Shown one piece after another: positions 59,021 to 64,000 of a DNA stretch of 64,000 nt. The DNA comes from Oikopleura dioica (lineage: Eukaryota > Animalia > Chordata). The translations under genes and the position numbers were made by a program. The notes beneath the pieces are model-generated. The model saw only the letters and a list, made by a program, of their open reading frames with translations. It did no database searches and was not told the DNA's origin. Every line of letters starts with the position of its first letter. Position 1 is the stretch's first letter. The stretch lies in assembly GCA_907165135.1 (NCBI GenBank), contig OU015566.1:5456001-5520000 (forward strand), in the 5' to 3' direction.

Positions 59021-60610
59021 TTAAAGTCCGTTAGCAGCGACGGTTTCTTGGATCCAACTAGAAGTAACGAAGGTCGAAGTGTACTTATTCGGAAATCCTG
59101 CCCAGGCGCAACCGATTCCTCTTGAAACGAGACCGATCAGAGTTGCTTTTCCATTGGTCGGGCAAATGAGAGGTCCGCCGGAATCCCCATTGCATGCGGC
59201 GGCACCACCATCCATCTGTCCGTTTCCGTCGAGATCTGGAGTGTAGGCGCAGATGTCGTCGGCTTCGAGGAAAAAGTAGATGGACTTTGCGATACAATAT
59301 TCAGCGCTGAAGACATTAACTCCAACCGAGTGCAGATCCGGGCTGGCAGGACCCCCGAAAAATGTAGATCCCCAGCCCGCAGCCCAGCAGCCGGCGCCGT
59401 GTTGCTTATCTGCTTCTGGAAGGCAAGCAGGTTGAACTTTGCTCTCTGGGTCGTTGGCGATGATGTCGTCGACGAATTTGATGAGGCAGACATCGTTGTT
59501 TGTAGTGTCGAAATCGCCCTGCATGAGTCCGTACTCAGGATGGTTGAACCAGGCGCTGGCTTCGAGCTCGTACTCGTTGCTGTCAGATTCCATCGCCTTC
59601 AAATCTCCGAATCGACCGACGACTTTCTGAACTTCTTTGCAGCAATGAGCAGCGCTGATGACCCATCTATTGGCAATCACGCTACCGCCGCAAAGTCTCT
59701 CATCACCAGAGTTTGTCTCAAATTTCAAGTAAGTGATCCAAGGCCATTCATTCTCAGCGACTGGTGCTCCACCGACGATTCTTCCTTCAGCTGATGCAAG
59801 TTCTGGGAAGTTGTCGGCTTCGGAGCAAGTTTGGAGACCAGCGGTGATTGAGTTGCTCAGCGGTGCGAATTCTCTGCAAATACCTTTCCAGGAGTCTTGC
59901 CAGGTGATTTGATTGCTCCATTCCGGCTCTTGGAAATAGACCTGCTCCTTTCTGTTAACACAGACGACTTCGCCTTTCACTGTTCCGTCATCGCAGACAA
60001 GGTTGAATTTTGCTCTCTTTGAGTTGATTTCTTCCGTCAAAACGAGTGATCCGTCCAGGATGTCCATCGAGCCAGCTTTGTCTTCACACGGATGAGGTGT
60101 TCTAGGAACACAGGAGAGGGAAGCTCCCTTTTCAATGTTTCTAAAAAAAGTAAGTGCTGTGCAAATTGTTGCTGAATCTTACTTTTTGACGATTTTCGGG
60201 AACTTGAAGCACTTTGCGTTGAGCTTTGGTTGTTTTCTACCAGGCTTGACAGGCCATGTTGGTTCAAATCCGCTGTCGCATTTTGGGACGCACCGGAGAT
60301 GATGTTTTACCTCATCGATATTAGGACAATCCCAATGTCCATTCTCGATTGGTAACTTGTCTCTCGCCTCTTTTAGCTTATCCGAGCATGTTGCTGCCCG
60401 CTGCGCTTGAACTGGCGCTACTAAATTTTGAAACCTCTCCTCGTATTTGGCTGCGGCGTTGGTGGCGAGAAAAAATGGGAAAACTTCATTTTTATTCTAA
60501 CTCTTGAAAGTCAATTTCTTTCTGAGCTGATGAAAGTGATCTTGTGGATGAACAACGGCGGATTTTATAGCAGTCGCCTGTGGTTTGATGTAAACACGAC
60601 GAGGAACTAA
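59021..60610 (-). CDS. Secreted trypsin-like (S1) serine protease with N-terminal Cys-rich modules
   Basis: RIVGG, LCGGS..SAAHC, NDVCLI, CNGDSGGPL; upstream exon(s) with a signal-like start near 60610. Confidence 0.88.
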
Positions 60611-60992
60611 AACTTGCTATTAGGCGGGCAGACGCATCCGCAAAACGCTGCTATCAATTGATAAAGTACTTGTAGTTAGAGAAAGTCTTGATAAAGCGCT
60701 GGAATTACTCGTGTTGAGAACAAGTAATCCTTTGATAAGGAAGCCGTTGATGTAGTGATCACGTTGTTGACCGAATCGGTTGGCGCACAGACGCTTCCGG
60801 ATAAAAAAATAGCACACGGTGTACCCTTTTCAAATTACTGGAAAAGACCACGTTGTAGAAACACTTTATCGCTTGATTATTGTTTATTAAATGATAAAGA
60901 ACTACAGTTCCTTTCAAGAGTGACTTTAAAATTGAACAAATTTAAGGGAAATTTTCGAAATTTGAATTATTCAGCTCGCTTTCTCTCTCTCT

Positions 60993-61900
60993 TTATTTCA
61001 GCGGTTTGACAAACTCAGGTCGTCTTCCCGAGATATTGCCTTTTTGAAAGTATCGGCAAACAACTAAAAAATAATGACTTCTGTGCAAAATTAGAGAAGC
61101 GCCTACCAACGACCTGCGTTCCATCAGCTGTCTTGGCGATTCCAACACCAAGATACTCCGAGTTCTTCCAGACCATTTGCGTAAAGCAATAAACGCTGTT
61201 TCCATTAGCATCAATCTTTGCGTGAGTTCCAAAATCGTAATTGCCGATCTGGTTGTACCAATCGTTCGCTACTAATTCTGCGATGCTGACGAAGTCTCCC
61301 TTGACCATGAAAGTCAAGTCACTTGAATAAGGGACGAGCGCGATGCTTTCTCCGCAGATTCTATAAATTATTCTAGCGAGTTTAATTGAATAAATAATTA
61401 CGTATCCGGATCATAACCAGTTTCAAGACCAGCAGCGATTTTTTCGGCCCACTGTTGTGCGTCGGCAGTTAGATTTTCCTCGAGCTATGAAAAGAGAACG
61501 AGATGTCTTCTTCTTCAAACTTATTATACCGTCATTTCAGGAGTCTCTTGGTGAAGACTACGTTTCGCATTATGCACGGCTAAGCAGGCGTCGCGTCCGG
61601 CCTTCAAAGCATCTTCGTCAAGGTGAAAATATTGAATGATTTCAGCAATTTCCACGTCTTGTTCTTCTTTTTCATCATCTTGCTCTGGGAAGTCAGAAAC
61701 TGTCTCGCCCAGGGTTATCGTGACGTTGCTTGAAATGAGTTGGCAGATCTGCACCAGAATTATTTTTTATCTTACCTTTGAGTGGCATCTTCCGTGGGAT
61801 TATTCGGACCGTTGCCATTCGCATTTCCATTGCCTGCATTCGCATTGCCAGAATTTCCATTTCCAGCCGGCATTTTCAGAAGATTTTGAACCTCGAAATG
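60993..61900 (-). CDS. CAP/SCP-domain protein (GLIPR2/GAPR-1-like)
   Basis: CLAVHNAKR, DWYNQIGNYDF, FTQMVWKNSEYLGVGIA; multi-exon, 5' end approximate. Confidence 0.75.
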
Positions 61901-62647
61901 GAGAGATTCGGTTTTCTCTTTGATAGTTGAGATAAATGGAATTAAGACGCGATGATTATATAGTTTTCAACCGGAAGCTATCCACATGCGAGTGACTTTG
62001 AAAAATAGACTGAATGATAGGGTCGAGTATATTTTAGCGCGTAAAGCGGAAAGAGCCGGCGGAGATATCTCTAGTTGTTGTAAAAATCTTTCAATCTTCA
62101 ATAAATCGGTTAATTGTTTATTTATTGACATCATAAAACAGTCTTGAGTTGGTGCATTCTATCATGCCGCATTCTTTGTAATTGCACCTCACCCTAACCA
62201 TAACTTATGGTCCATAAGGCGACAGGTTGATTGGCCTCAAAATTCGGCCAATTATGATGTGAATTTGTAACCCTAACCCTACTCCTGACCCGGGGGCTTC
62301 GAGCCCCCCTCCGTTCCCCGGGACCCCTGTTGTTAAAACTTTTAACTTAACTTTTAACTTAAAAGTACGCAGTCCCTGACCCCTACCTCCTTGTCTAGGG
62401 GACTTCGCCCTCTTGGAACCCCCCATATTCATATTTTTGCATAGTTAAGAGCATTTCTTGCCGGCTCCTTTCCGGTCTAAGCGTCAAAATATACGAACCC
62501 CCGTGATCAAGTCTATTTTTTGAATTCAAGCTCACGTATCGGGGTCGCTTCCTGTTCAAATGATATATAATATTGCGGTACGCATTCAATTTATTTTCTA
62601 AAAGAGTAGAAAGATTGATTTGCGTCTCTCTCAAAAATAAGAGAAAA

Positions 62648-63896
62648 ATGGTCGACAAACGCAACAAGCCTCCTCCTAAAGGCCCTCCCCCAAAAAATCC
62701 CGGAGTAGAGGATGAAAAAGCTTCTAAAGACAACCGAACCAGTACCGACCCCCTTGACGACCCGATGTTGGCTGCTGCAATGGAGGCAGACCCAAAGATG
62801 GCTGAAGCAATGATGGCTAGAGGAATGAGTAAGAACGATCTTACTGCATTGATCGATGCTCTGAATGAAAAGTACAATAATGAAATGTAAGAGAATACAT
62901 TTTTATTAAAAATAGTAAAGCTCATTTTAAGACCACATAATGAGACAGGCAATGACCTAGACGACGACAAAGAAGGAATGGGTGCACTGGTGGACTCCTT
63001 GGGATTGAATGGAACCAACGAGAAGTAATTTTAAATACCAGGGACGAATAACCAAGCTTACTTTTAGCACTGTCCTGGGAGGTACCATTGTTCTTGAAAA
63101 GCCGGAGGAAGTTCCCGAGAGTGAATTGGACACCGAAGCTGTGATCAGACTCCTTCGACTTGATAGGGACGCTTTGAATGCTGGACGAGAGGCCTGCTTA
63201 TTGGCGCACAATGAGAAGCGTCGTCGTCACGAGGACACTCCTGATATGGCTTCTAAAGTAGGAGTTATTTTAAAGAAGGATTTTTTCTTATAATTAATTA
63301 TAATTAAGTTTGGCGATCGAATAAATGAAGGCGCTCAACATTGGGCGGAACAACTCGCATCTGGTGCTCAATTTGGTTATCAACCAAATATGTGAGAATT
63401 TTATTGAAACATTCAAGAACATTTTTCCTTAGACCCTTTGGAGAAAACATCTACCGTGCAGCTTTACCGAATCCGGTAAGAACAGCAAATGCAGAAATGT
63501 TTGTCACCTTTGCGCAATGGGCTGTCGAGGCGTGGTATAACCAGGTCGACAACTACGACTTCGCAAAACGATCGAGACTCATGGACGAAAGCCACATGAA
63601 CACATCTGTCGGTTCTTTCACCCAGGTCATTTGGAGAGAGTCCAGAATTCTTGGTGTTGGAATCGCCCTTTCGCCTGATGGAAGAGCTTTTTACGGTATT
63701 AAATGCGGATCTTTTTCAACTGTTCAATTATATTTCAGTTGTTTGTCGATACTATCAAAAAGGCAACATCGAAGAAATGGCGTTCCGAAATGTAGGAGCG
63801 CTGAAACCCCAATATCAAAACAGCAGCGGACGATCAAGCACTGGACCCCCAAGCAGCGGACCACCAAGCGGAAAAGCGATGAAATCAAAATGGTGA
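62648..63896 (+). CDS. CAP/SCP-domain protein (GLIPR2/GAPR-1-like), divergent paralog
   Basis: CLLAHNEKR, GENIY, AWYNQVDNYDF, FTQVIWRESRILGVGIA, VVCRYYQKGN. Confidence 0.8.
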
Positions 63897-64000
63897 TGAT
63901 CAAAAACAAAAGAAATAAATAAAAATCTGTAATCGACTTTAACTTTCAGTATATCAAACGGCCTGATCATTTTTGAAATTCTTAAATTAATAAATGATGC

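Overview
Eukaryotic genomic DNA from a very compact genome with 40-46-nt introns. A larvacean tunicate such as Oikopleura is my inference from intron size, a GA-AG intron and dense gene packing. Bases 1-28580 are the right-hand part of a large (>28.5 kb) Polinton/Maverick-like integrated virus. It encodes a protein-primed family-B DNA polymerase (10557-16841, -), a double-jelly-roll major capsid protein (16898-18720, -), a retroviral-type DDE integrase (19107-21011, -), an A32-like packaging ATPase (21728-22537, +) and about 12 accessory genes, and it ends in ...CTATACTACT (AGTAGT terminus) at 28580. Unusually, the hallmark genes contain host-style spliceosomal introns. The polymerase palm is split by a 1036-nt non-canonical GA-AG intron with inverted-repeat ends. 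A putative terminal-protein domain appears to be a separate gene downstream of the polymerase. Two regions are dual-coding (overprinted), a mucin-like type I glycoprotein hosts a nested gene, and a 17-bp motif recurs in ~40-bp-phased arrays. The rest is host DNA: a Rab11-FIP-like gene, a very young Ty3/Gypsy LTR element (33189-39815, identical 233-bp LTRs, GTCCT TSD), several MITEs with clear TSDs, and tightly packed genes (PPP phosphatase, CHMP1B, synaptophysin-like with a nested RING gene, PTPA, UBLCP1, SLC25 carrier, trypsin-like protease, two CAP-domain genes). Many frameshifts fall in homopolymers and may be assembly errors. All homology calls are from motif recognition, not database searches.
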